Source: Eledone cirrhosa (lineage: Eukaryota). Taken from it: a DNA stretch of 64,000 nt. This document shows, piece by piece, positions 39,235 to 52,238 of this stretch (position 1 is the stretch's first letter; the number at the start of each line of letters is the position of its first letter). The notes under the pieces are model-generated. The model did not search any database. It was not told the origin of the DNA and worked only from the letters and a program-made list of their open reading frames with translations. The stretch covers positions 102,300,001-102,364,000 of the forward strand of contig OZ024746.1 of the NCBI GenBank assembly GCA_964016885.1, in the 5' to 3' direction. Made by a program: the position numbers and the translations under genes.

Positions 39235-39411
39235 GAACGTTCAACTTGACAGTCAGTACAATGTTCAGCATGGTAGCCAGTACATATGCCAACTACCCAA
39301 CCGGCCAGCCAGCCGCATATGCGGTTGACTGGCCAGTTGGGCGGTTGGTATGTGGAACGTTCAACTACGCAGTCAGTACCAAAGTTCAACATTGTAGCCA
39401 GTGCATATGCC
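39235..39411. other. Direct repeat-hairpin-direct repeat module, array copy 2 (hairpin 39283-39354); present in all units
   Basis: CATATGCCAACTACCCAACCGGCCAGCCAGCCGC-ATAT-GCGGTTGACTGGCCAGTTGGGCGGTTGGTATGTG forms a 34-position stem with 4 G-U pairs and 3 A-C mismatches on +. Confidence 0.85.
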
Positions 39412-39457
39412 GATCGCCGCGCCCTCTTTGCTCTATTTTAATGACCTGGAACTAAGT

Positions 39458-39570
39458 AAAAAGAGTAGGAGATAACTCGACAAGAGCGGAGAGGGTGAGA
39501 TTCGAACCATGTAAAGTCGTTGGCTCCTGAAGTTCGTAAGCGGGGCTGCTACTGACTGAGCAGCGCCGGC
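39458..39570 (-). ncRNA. Candidate Pol III unit, array copy 2
   Basis: Same cassette. Confidence 0.4.
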
Positions 39571-40565
39571 AGCAAGGCAAATCGCGCATAAAATAACGCT
39601 TATATCGACAAAAAAAAAAAAAAAATTTCAATGTTGCACTCTTGTTTGTTGTTCTTTTATTTTACGTAAACATTTCGCTGCTCTAGCCTCTTATTTCCTA
39701 TTAGATTACACTTAATTCCATTAAACATTCATTCTTAGTCTCGTGGTAAACTATTTCATCTATATTTATATCGCTGTTACAGCCTTTTATTTCTACATCT
39801 ATCACCTATAGCCACTGTTACGCCGGTAGTATAAGTAGCTTTATAACAAGAAACGATGATATAACTCCACAAAATGTCTTCTTCAGCAAGACACTTCACT
39901 TCATATTGCTCCAGTACACCGAGTTACACATAGACAGATACATACATACATACACAGATAGAAATGAGAGGTAGATAGAGTAAAAGATTTAAAGAGAGTG
40001 TGAGAAGTACGAGTTAGATAGTGTAAAAGATTTAAAGAGAGGGTGAGAGTGTGACACACATTTATCTGTCTATCTCTCTCTATTTTAACACCGGTCGTTA
40101 TAATTAGTTTTATAACACCGCTATATTACCGACATGAAAGAGGTAAATAATTATTTCTTAAATGTTTAGAACATGTTTCTCTTGTCTTCTTAAATGTATA
40201 GAACATGTTTCTTATTTATATTCTTAACATAGCTAGGACCTTATCTCATTTACTGGTCTCTACTTTTAGGACTTTGCTGGTCCCATGTGCCCTCCATGAA
40301 GACACACTCGCCCCTTCTCTCTCAGTCTCCGTACTAATTACTACACATACGTATATATATTTATTTTAAGAAACCTTAATGACAAATAATATAAAGTGTT
40401 TGTAAAGTGGGGAAGAGTAGTTTTACGGTGGGGTTGTTATATAGATATCGTTTTTGCAGTGGGGTCGTGACTGGCGTATAATAATGAGTCACTGTTGATG
40501 TATATACAAATCATGTTTTGGATATAAGTGAAGTTATTTAAGAGATTTAGTTGTTTTGTATACAT

Positions 40566-42568
40566 TCATAACGGTACGCGATGGGACCCACCCACAGCCC
40601 CGGCGGACAGAATGGAGAAGGCGTTTCCCCGGAGCACGGCAAGGGAGACGCGCTGGAAAAGCCACTCCAACTCGCGGGGCTCACACCTGCGGCTGGCCAG
40701 CTCAGCGCCTATGGTGGTGAGTAAGGAGGTAGCCCTGGGGCCGAGGACACCAGAAGTCTCCACTTCCAGGGTTACGACCGCAAACCTGTCGGAGAGTGAA
40801 CGATATGTGAGGAGTTTGGCCCCCTCAGCCTGACGTGCAGCAGAACCTGGGCCAGTCGCAGACTGCACCAGGTTGCGGCTGCAGAAAGTGTCGGTGCAAG
40901 TGGCATCCCAGACGAGGGGTTTGCCACCGCGGAACGGGAAGATGGTCATGCCATCTAGCCTTTTGCCGTCCCCTCGAGCTGGGAAGGGAAGCCTGCAGCG
41001 TCCAAGCCATGCTTAATGACTTCGTTGAGGGCAGCATGGCGTGGATTGCGGGTGGAGGCCGAAAGAGTCCATGGTGGAACGGCAGCGACATTGGTGTGAG
41101 GCCGAGCCTCAGGGAAACGCCGATGCGCAAGCTATTGTTGTCTAGCTGCGTGCGAGTGGAGAAGGAGGGCAGGGCATGGAGCCAGGCCCCACTGTGGGGT
41201 TTGGAGGCTGCACGAAAACAAACAAGGCGGTGCTGGTCGAGCTGGCACGTGAGCCTGTCTGAGGCCAGGCTGCACTGGATGGCATCCCAAGTGTGTTGGG
41301 GGGGACTTGACGTCAACAGGGGGAGAAGGAGGAGGAACGTCTACTGGGCTAAGTCCCAGCCGGTCCCACGTCTCACAGGCGGCCACGCGTTCTCTGAACA
41401 CAGAGGGTTCTGTTGTGTTTTGAAGAACCCTGCTGAAGAGGACGTGGTACGAGGTTACCGACGAAAGATATGCCGGCAAAGCTAGTGAGATCGGGGACTG
41501 GAGGCGAAGGCCGCCATACCTGACAGGTAAAGTTGCATATCTCATCGGCTGCTGCTCGGATACAAGTTTAGGTGTAGCACAGAGTGTATAGAGGAGCTTC
41601 GGCATGGCGTAGCAGTTCCTCAGCAGAAAGAGAACTGGGTGGCCATCAATCAAGCCCAGTCGGCTCGTGAGAGTCTGGACTTGATGGAGGAGCGGATGGC
41701 CGGCGGGTGGATCGGTGAGGGCATCCTCTTTGGGGGGTCACCTGAACCTGGCGGAGAATGGACCGCACGTCCAAGACGGAGACTGCAAAGCTTGCAGCAT
41801 CGAGGCTGACATTCACCACCTCCGACTTGGCTGAGTTGACCTGGAGGTCGATTCCCGCCAGGGCAGGAACCACCGATTGAAGGTCATGGCAGACCGCCTG
41901 TACGGGCCCACCCAAAGTAGCATCATCCAGATACCAAACGTTGAGAGGGGCCGTTATACTCCAGGCGATGTGGTCAATACCAAGGGTGAACAGGAGGGGT
42001 CCCAAAGGGTTGCCCTGTTGGATCCCAGTAGCCAAGGGTATGACCGTATCAGCAGCATGGCGCATGCTTGGGGCTCCATATGACAGGTAGGCAGAGGGGG
42101 CTCGGCTGAGGCAGGCCTCGAGCAGATGATCCCAGCGTAAAGAGTTGAAGGCATTCCTCATGTCAAACTTGACAATGAGGTGGCTGGAGGCCCTGGATGC
42201 CGGTTCCGAGTGTTACGGACTTGCAGATTACCTTGGCAGCCAGCCTCCGGAAGACATTGCCCACAGCAATGGGGCGTATGCCATCCTCTTTCTTCCTGAG
42301 AGCGGTGAGGCTGGCCGAAAAAAAGAGGCCTCGAGCATAAGAGTCCAGGGCGCCATGGATGAGCCTATTGGTGAGCGCCACAATTGCACTCAGAAGGCGG
42401 CGCCCGGCCTCAGCGGAGAGGGGAGATATCAACTCCTTGAGGAGGCCTGGTCAGAGACCATCAACATCTCCGCAGCTGCTAGCTGGGAAGGACCTGATGG
42501 CGGACATGATGTCTGCATCAGAAGCCACAAGGAGCAAGTGTGGATTACAATACAAAACCTCTGAGAAT
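40566..42568 (-). mobile_element. Degraded CRE-clade retrotransposon, array copy 2
   Basis: Same motifs, with an additional ~25-bp deletion in the CCHC region and frameshifts. Confidence 0.9.
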
Positions 42569-44525
42569 GATTTCTAAGATATTTCACCATAATTAATTTT
42601 CATCAATATATATTAATATTATTATTGTTTATTAGGTCAGGTGGATTGGCCAGAACAATTCTACTCTTCTTTTTTAGATGTCACGATTTTTCATGGCATT
42701 CCTGAGATCATTAATCTCCAGCTGGAGATCCAGAGACATCTGATGTATGTAGGTGAACCTCAGTCATCCCACTAGGGTCTTACTATGTTTAGGTATCCAC
42801 CACAGGAGCCAGCTCATCAGGTCATCCTACCCTCAGCAGCAATGTCCAGCATCTATTGATTTCCGCTCCCTAGTTATTGTGGTAATCTTCGATATCTGGG
42901 AATATATTTCTTCTGCTTAAGGGAGTAATAAATATATAGTTTTAAAAAAAACATATATATACACACACATATATATATGTTGTCATTTATAAGAGTTCTC
43001 TATCAAAAGCCTTCTCTATGTCCAAAGCTAAGTATAGTGGCTTATTTTTCTCTAAGAACCTCTTTTGTAGTTGTCTCACTAAGAAGAGGGCATCTGTTGC
43101 ACTTTTCAGCGGCACAAAACCAAACTGCATCTCATACACATACATACATATACATACATACATACATATACACATACATACATACATCATCATCATCATC
43201 ATCATCATCATTTCGTTTTAAGTCCGCTTTTTCCCTGCTTGCAAATGTGGGACGGGAACTGATTCTGGCTTGATTTCTACAGCTGGATGCCCTTCCTAAC
43301 ACCAACCTCATTTACAGTGAGTGCTGAGTGCTTTTTTGCCGTGGCACCTCCACGACCACTTTGCAGTGGAATGATATGGACCCCAGTCCCTATCATCTCA
43401 TTTCTACAGCTGAGTAAACTGGAGCAATGTGAAATAAAGTGTCTTGCTCAAGGAAACAACACATCACCCGGTCTGAGAATTGAACTCACAACCTTTCGAT
43501 TGCCAGGCCAATGCTCGAACCACTAAGCCATGTGCCTCCATATACATATACATATACATACACATACATATACATATACATACATATATATACATACATA
43601 CACATACATAGATATATATATATACATAATATAAATATACATACATACACATACATAAGCATATACACATAAGTATATATACATATACACACGTATATAT
43701 ACATATACATACATACATATATACACATACATACATATATACATACATACACACATATACATACACATACATACATATACATACATATACACATACATAC
43801 ATATATATATATACGTACACACACATATATACATACACACACATATATACAAACACATACATATACACATATATACACATACATACACATACATATACAT
43901 ACATATACACATATACACTCATATATACATATACATACATACACACACATACATACATATATACATATACATACATAGAGACAAATCCACCTCATGGACG
44001 AGAATGCAAGGGCTCCTCCTCTTTGTTTCGGCCGCGGATGGCTAACCCTAACCCCATCCCCGCTCCCCACCGCTCCCAACCTCCAAACGCAATCCAAAAC
44101 TTCAGAGTTGGTACCATTAATGTAGGCACCTTATAGGGTGGCTCTAACGAGGTTGTAGAAATGCTTGAACGTAAGGAGGTCGATGTTTGTTGTATTCAAG
44201 AGACCAGGTGGAGGGGTGGGTCTGCTAGATTCATCGTGGGTAAAGAACGATGCTATAAGCTTTTCTGTGTGGCAAATGACAATGGGCTGGGTATACACAT
44301 ACCACCCCACCACCCCACCGCAAAGTGGTCGTGGAGGCGCCGCGGCAAAAAAGCACCCAGCCCACACTGTAAAGCTGACGTGGAGGTGCCACGGAAAAAA
44401 AAAAGCACCCAGCACTCACTGCAAACGGGGTTGGCGTCAGGAAGGGCACCCAGCTGTAGAAACCAATCCAGAATCAGCTCCCACCCCACCCTTGCAAGCA
44501 TGGAAAAGCGGACGTATGATGAAGT

Positions 44526-44574
<49 letters not shown>

Positions 44575-45315
44575 TATATATATACACATATATATATACA
44601 CACATATATATCAGTGTACATATATATATACATATATATATATATATAAATGAATATTTATTCAATTTAAAGCGCCAATTATCTATATATAACAAGATAT
44701 GAATTTTTCTAGGGATGGGGAAATTTTCAGTTTGTTTTTATATTTTCACTTCATTTTTTACTTTCTATTTAATACAGTCTTTGATCCAATATAATCCTGA
44801 CAGTATTTGAACCAGTTTACCTCATATATATGTATGCACACACAACACTCAAGTTTCGCCATCTACTGCTATTTCATTCATATTTATTGTTTAATTAACT
44901 CTGGTCTAATTCATCAACTATTGTTAATTATATTATTACGTAGATTTCTTATAAAATCTAGTGCATATATACGTGTATATATACAGGGAGACACTGTAAT
45001 AGATGTAAAGAGAGTGGGAGATAGAGTTATAGAAGTAAAGAGAGGGGGAGAAATAAGCGGTAGATAGAGTAATAGATGTAAAGAGAGGGTTAGAACGTTC
45101 AACTTGACAGTCAGTACAATGTTCAGCATGGTAGCCAGTACATATGCCAACTACCCAACCGGCCAGCCAGCCGCATATGCGGTTGACTGGCCAGTTGGGC
45201 GGTTGGTATGTGGAACGTTCAACTACGCAGTCAGTACCAAAGTTCAACATTGTAGCCAGTGCATATGCCGATCGCCGCGCCCTCTTTGCTCTATTTTAAT
45301 GACCTGGAACTAAGT

Positions 45316-45428
45316 AAAAAGAGTAGGAGATAACTCGACAAGAGCGGAGAGGGTGAGATTCGAACCATGTAAAGTCGTTGGCTCCTGAAGTTCGTAAGCG
45401 GGGCTGCTACTGACTGAGCAGCGCCGGC
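45316..45428 (-). ncRNA. Candidate Pol III unit, array copy 3
   Basis: Same cassette. Confidence 0.4.
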
Positions 45429-46380
45429 AGCAAGGCAAATCGCGCATAAAATAACGCTTATATCGACAAAAAAAAAAAAAAAATTTCAATGTTGCACTCT
45501 TGTTTGTTGTTCTTTTATTTTACGTAAACATTTCGCTGCTCTAGCCTCTTATTTCCTATTAGATTACACTTAATTCCATTAAACATTCATTCTTAGTCTC
45601 GTGGTAAACTATTTCATCTATATTTATATCGCTGTTACAGCCTTTTATTTCTACATCTATCACCTATAGCCACTGTTACGCCGGTAGTATAAGTAGCTTT
45701 ATAACAAGAAACGATGATATAACTCCACAAAATGTCTTCTTGAGCAAGACACTTCACTTCATATTGCTCCAGTACACCGAGTTACACATAGACAGATACA
45801 TACATACATACACAGATAGAAATGAGAGGTAGATAGTGTAAAAGATTTAAAGAGAGGGTGAGAGTGTGACACACATTTATCTGTCTATCTCTCTCTATTT
45901 TAACACCGGTCGTTATAATTAGTTTTATAACACCGCTATATTACCGACATGAAAGAGGTAAATAATTATTTCTTAAATGTTTAGAACATGTTTCTCTTGT
46001 CTTCTTAAATGTATAGAACATGTTTCTTATTTATATTCTTAACATAGCTAGGACCTTATCTCATTTACTGGTCTCTACTTTTAGGGCTTTGCTGGTACCA
46101 TGTGCCCTCCATGAAGACACACTCGCCCCTTCTCTCTCAGTCTCCGTACTAATTACTACACATACGTATATATATTTATTTTAAGAAACCTTAATGACAA
46201 ATAATATAAAGTGTTTGTAAAGTGGGGAAGAGTAGTTTTACGGTGGGGTTGTTATATAGATATCGTTTTTGCAGTGGGGTCGTGACTGGCGTATAATAAT
46301 GAGTCACTGTTGATGTATATACAAATCATGTTCTGGATATAAGTGAAGTTATTTAAGAGATTTAGTTGTTTTGTATACAT

Positions 46381-48383
46381 TCATAACGGTACGCGATGGG
46401 ACCCACCCACAGCCCCGGCGGACAGAATGGAGAAGGCGTTTCCCCGGAGCACGGCAAGGGAGACGCGCTGGAAAAGCCACTCCAACTCGCGGGGCTCACA
46501 CCTGCGGCTGGCCAGCTCAGCGCCTATGGTGGTGAGTAAGGAGGTAGCCCTGGGGCCGAGGACACCAGAAGTCTCCACTTCCAGGGGTACGACCGCAAAC
46601 CTGTCGGAGAGTGAACAATATGTGAGGAGTTTGGCCCCCTCAGCCTGACGTGCAGCAGAACCTGGGCCAGTCGCAGACTGCACCAGGTTGCGGCTGCAGA
46701 AAGTGTCGGTGCAAGTGGCATCCCAGACGAGGGGTTTGCCACCGCGGAACGGGAAGATGGTCATGCCATCTAGCCTTTTGCCGTCCCCTCGAGCTGGGAA
46801 GGGAAGCCTGCAGCGTCCAAGCCATGCTTAATGACTTCGTTGAGGGCAGCATGGCGTGGATTGCGGGTGGAGGCCGAAAGAGTCCATGGTGGAACGGCAG
46901 CGACATTGGTGTGAGGCCGAGCCTCAGGGAAACGCCGATGCGCAAGCTATTGTTGTCTAGCTGCGTGCGAGTGGAGAAGGAGGGCAGGGCATGGAGCCAG
47001 GCCCCACTGTGGGGTTTGGAGGCTGCACGAAAACAAACAAGGCGGTGCTGGTCGAGCTGGCACGTGAGCCTGTCTGAGGCCAGGCTGCACTGGATGGCAT
47101 CCCAAGTGTGTTGGGGGGGACTTGACGTCAACAGGGGGAGAAGGAGGAGGAACGTCTACTGGGCTAAGTCCCAGCCGGTCCCACGTCTCACAGGCGGCCA
47201 CGCGTTCTCTGAACACAGAGGGTTCTGTTGTGTTTTGAAGAACCCTGCTGAAGAGGACGTGGTACGAGGTTACCGACGAAAGATATGCCGGCAAAGCTAG
47301 TGAGATCGGGGACTGGAGGCGAAGGCCGCCATACCTGACAGGTAAAGTTGCATATCTCATCGGCTGCTGCTCGGATACAAGTTTAGGTGTAGCACAGAGT
47401 GTATAGAGGAGCTTCGGCATGGCGTAGCAGTTCCTCAGCAGAAAGAGAACTGGGTGGCCATCAATCAAGCCCAGTCGGCTCGTGAGAGTCTGGACTTGAT
47501 GGAGGAGCGGATGGCCGGCGGGTGGATCGGTGAGGGCATCCTCTTTGGGGGGTCACCTGAACCTGGCGGAGAATGGACCGCACGTCCAAGACGGAGACTG
47601 CAAAGCTTGCAGCATCGAGGCTGACATTCACCACCTCCGACTTGGCTGAGTTGACCTGGAGGTCGATTCCCGCCAGGGCAGGAACCACCGATTGAAGGTC
47701 ATGGCAGACCGCCTGTACGGGCCCACCCAAAGTAGCATCATCCAGATACCAAACGTTGAGAGGGGCCGTTATACTCCAGGCGATGTGGTCAATACCAAGG
47801 GTGAACAGGAGGGGTCCCAAAGGGTTGCCCTGTTGGATCCCAGTAGCCAAGGGTATGACCGTATCAGCAGCATGGCGCATGCTTGGGGCTCCATATGACA
47901 GGTAGGCAGAGGGGGCTCGGCTGAGGCAGGCCTCGAGCAGATGATCCCAGCGTAAAGAGTTGAAGGCATTCCTCATGTCAAACTTGACAATGAGGTGGCT
48001 GGAGGCCCTGGATGCCGGTTCCGAGTGTTACGGACTTGCAGATTACCTTGGCAGCCAGCCTCCGGAAGACATTGCCCACAGCAATGGGGCGTATGCCATC
48101 CTCTTTCTTCCTGAGAGCGGTGAGGCTGGCCGAAAAAAAGAGGCCTCGAGCATAAGAGTCCAGGGCGCCATGGATGAGCCTATTGGTGAGCGCCACAATT
48201 GCACTCAGAAGGCGGCGCCCGGCCTCAGCGGAGAGGGGAGATATCAACTCCTTGAGGAGGCCTGGTCAGAGACCATCAACATCTCCGCAGCTGCTAGCTG
48301 GGAAGGACCTGATGGCGGACATGATGTCTGCATCAGAAGCCACAAGGAGCAAGTGTGGATTACAATACAAAACCTCTGAGAAT
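46381..48383 (-). mobile_element. Degraded CRE-clade retrotransposon, array copy 3
   Basis: Same motifs and lesions as copy 2. Confidence 0.9.
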
Positions 48384-50340
48384 GATTTCTAAGATATTTC
48401 ACCATAATTAATTTTCATCAATATATATTAATATTATTATTGTTTATTAGGTCAGGTGGATTGGCCAGAACAATTCTACTCTTCTTTTTTAGATGTCACG
48501 ATTTTTCATGGCATTCCTGAGATCATTAATCTCCAGCTGGAGATCCAGAGACATCTGATGTATGTAGGTGAACCTCAGTCATCCCACTAGGGTCTTACTA
48601 TGTTTAGGTATCCACCACAGGAGCCAGCTCATCAGGTCATCCTACCCTCAGCAGCAATGTCCAGCATCTATTGATTTCCGCTCCCTAGTTATTGTGGTAA
48701 TCTTCGATATCTGGGAATATATTTCTTCTGCTTAAGGGAGTAATAAATATATAGTTTTAAAAAAAACATATATATACACACACATATATATATGTTGTCA
48801 TTTATAAGAGTTCTCTATCAAAAGCCTTCTCTATGTCCAAAGCTAAGTATAGTGGCTTATTTTTCTCTAAGAACCTCTTTTGTAGTTGTCTCACTAAGAA
48901 GAGGGCATCTGTTGCACTTTTCAGCGGCACAAAACCAAACTGCATCTCATACACATACATACATATACATACATACATACATATACACATACATACATAC
49001 ATCATCATCATCATCATCATCATCATTTCGTTTTAAGTCCGCTTTTTCCCTGCTTGCAAATGTGGGACGGGAACTGATTCTGGCTTGATTTCTACAGCTG
49101 GATGCCCTTCCTAACACCAACCTCATTTACAGTGAGTGCTGAGTGCTTTTTTGCCGTGGCACCTCCACGACCACTTTGCAGTGGAATGATATGGACCCCA
49201 GTCCCTATCATCTCATTTCTACAGCTGAGTAAACTGGAGCAATGTGAAATAAAGTGTCTTGCTCAAGGAAACAACACATCACCCGGTCTGAGAATTGAAC
49301 TCACAACCTTTCGATTGCCAGGCCAATGCTCGAACCACTAAGCCATGTGCCTCCATATACATATACATATACATACACATACATATACATATACATACAT
49401 ATATATACATACATACACATACATAGATATATATATATACATAATATAAATATACATACATACACATACATAAGCATATACACATAAGTATATATACATA
49501 TACACACGTATATATACATATACATACATACATATATACACATACATACATATATACATACATACACACATATACATACACATACATACATATACATACA
49601 TATACACATACATACATATATATATATACGTACACACACATATATACATACACACACATATATACAAACACATACATATACACATATATACACATACATA
49701 CACATACATATACATACATATACACATATACACTCATATATACATATACATACATACACACACATACATACATATATACATATACATACATAGAGACAAA
49801 TCCACCTCATGGACGAGAATGCAAGGGCTCCTCCTCTTTGTTTCGGCCGCGGATGGCTAACCCTAACCCCATCCCCGCTCCCCACCGCTCCCAACCTCCA
49901 AACGCAATCCAAAACTTCAGAGTTGGTACCATTAATGTAGGCACCTTATAGGGTGGCTCTAACGAGGTTGTAGAAATGCTTGAACGTAAGGAGGTCGATG
50001 TTTGTTGTATTCAAGAGACCAGGTGGAGGGGTGGGTCTGCTAGATTCATCGTGGGTAAAGAACGATGCTATAAGCTTTTCTGTGTGGCAAATGACAATGG
50101 GCTGGGTATACACATACCACCCCACCACCCCACCGCAAAGTGGTCGTGGAGGCGCCGCGGCAAAAAAGCACCCAGCCCACACTGTAAAGCTGACGTGGAG
50201 GTGCCACGGAAAAAAAAAAGCACCCAGCACTCACTGCAAACGGGGTTGGCGTCAGGAAGGGCACCCAGCTGTAGAAACCAATCCAGAATCAGCTCCCACC
50301 CCACCCTTGCAAGCATGGAAAAGCGGACGTATGATGAAGT

Positions 50341-50389
<49 letters not shown>

Positions 50390-51130
50390 TATATATATAC
50401 ACATATATATATACACACATATATATCAGTGTACATATATATATACATATATATATATATATAAATGAATATTTATTCAATTTAAAGCGCCAATTATCTA
50501 TATATAACAAGATATGAATTTTTCTAGGGATGGGGAAATTTTCAGTTTGTTTTTATATTTTCACTTCATTTTTTACTTTCTATTTAATACAGTCTTTGAT
50601 CCAATATAATCCTGACAGTATTTGAACCAGTTTACCTCATATATATGTATGCACACACAACACTCAAGTTTCGCCATCTACTGCTATTTCATTCATATTT
50701 ATTGTTTAATTAACTCTGGTCTAATTCATCAACTATTGTTAATTATATTATTACGTAGATTTCTTATAAAATCTAGTGCATATATACGTGTATATATACA
50801 GGGAGACACTGTAATAGATGTAAAGAGAGTGGGAGATAGAGTTATAGAAGTAAAGAGAGGGGGAGAAATAAGCGGTAGATAGAGTAATAGATGTAAAGAG
50901 AGGGTTAGAACGTTCAACTTGACAGTCAGTACAATGTTCAGCATGGTAGCCAGTACATATGCCAACTACCCAACCGGCCAGCCAGCCGCATATGCGGTTG
51001 ACTGGCCAGTTGGGCGGTTGGTATGTGGAACGTTCAACTACGCAGTCAGTACCAAAGTTCAACATTGTAGCCAGTGCATATGCCGATCGCCGCGCCCTCT
51101 TTGCTCTATTTTAATGACCTGGAACTAAGT

Positions 51131-51243
51131 AAAAAGAGTAGGAGATAACTCGACAAGAGCGGAGAGGGTGAGATTCGAACCATGTAAAGTCGTTGGCTCC
51201 TGAAGTTCGTAAGCGGGGCTGCTACTGACTGAGCAGCGCCGGC
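51131..51243 (-). ncRNA. Candidate Pol III unit, array copy 4
   Basis: Same cassette. Confidence 0.4.
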
Positions 51244-52238
51244 AGCAAGGCAAATCGCGCATAAAATAACGCTTATATCGACAAAAAAAAAAAAAAAATT
51301 TCAATGTTGCACTCTTGTTTGTTGTTCTTTTATTTTACGTAAACATTTCGCTGCTCTAGCCTCTTATTTCCTATTAGATTACACTTAATTCCATTAAACA
51401 TTCATTCTTAGTCTCGTGGTAAACTATTTCATCTATATTTATATCGCTGTTACAGCCTTTTATTTCTACATCTATCACCTATAGCCACTGTTACGCCGGT
51501 AGTATAAGTAGCTTTATAACAAGAAACGATGATATAACTCCACAAAATGTCTTCTTCAGCAAGACACTTCACTTCATATTGCTCCAGTACACCGAGTTAC
51601 ACATAGACAGATACATACATACATACACAGATAGAAATGAGAGGTAGATAGAGTAAAAGATTTAAAGAGAGTGTGAGAAGTACGAGTTAGATAGTGTAAA
51701 AGATTTAAAGAGAGGGTGAGAGTGTGACACACATTTATCTGTCTATCTCTCTCTATTTTAACACCGGTCGTTATAATTAGTTTTATAACACCGCTATATT
51801 ACCGACATGAAAGAGGTAAATAATTATTTCTTAAATGTTTAGAACATGTTTCTCTTGTCTTCTTAAATGTATAGAACATGTTTCTTATTTATATTCTTAA
51901 CATAGCTAGGACCTTATCTCATTTACTGGTCTCTACTTTTAGGACTTTGCTGGTCCCATGTGCCCTCCATGAAGACACACTCGCCCCTTCTCTCTCAGTC
52001 TCCGTACTAATTACTACACATACGTATATATATTTATTTTAAGAAACCTTAATGACAAATAATATAAAGTGTTTGTAAAGTGGGGAAGAGTAGTTTTACG
52101 GTGGGGTTGTTATATAGATATCGTTTTTGCAGTGGGGTCGTGACTGGCGTATAATAATGAGTCACTGTTGATGTATATACAAATCATGTTTTGGATATAA
52201 GTGAAGTTATTTAAGAGATTTAGTTGTTTTGTATACAT

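Noticed and set aside
40835-41485. 216-aa plus-strand ORF repeated in the units
   Set aside because: It is the antisense shadow of the GC-rich CRE coding region and is broken in unit 1 and the solo copy.
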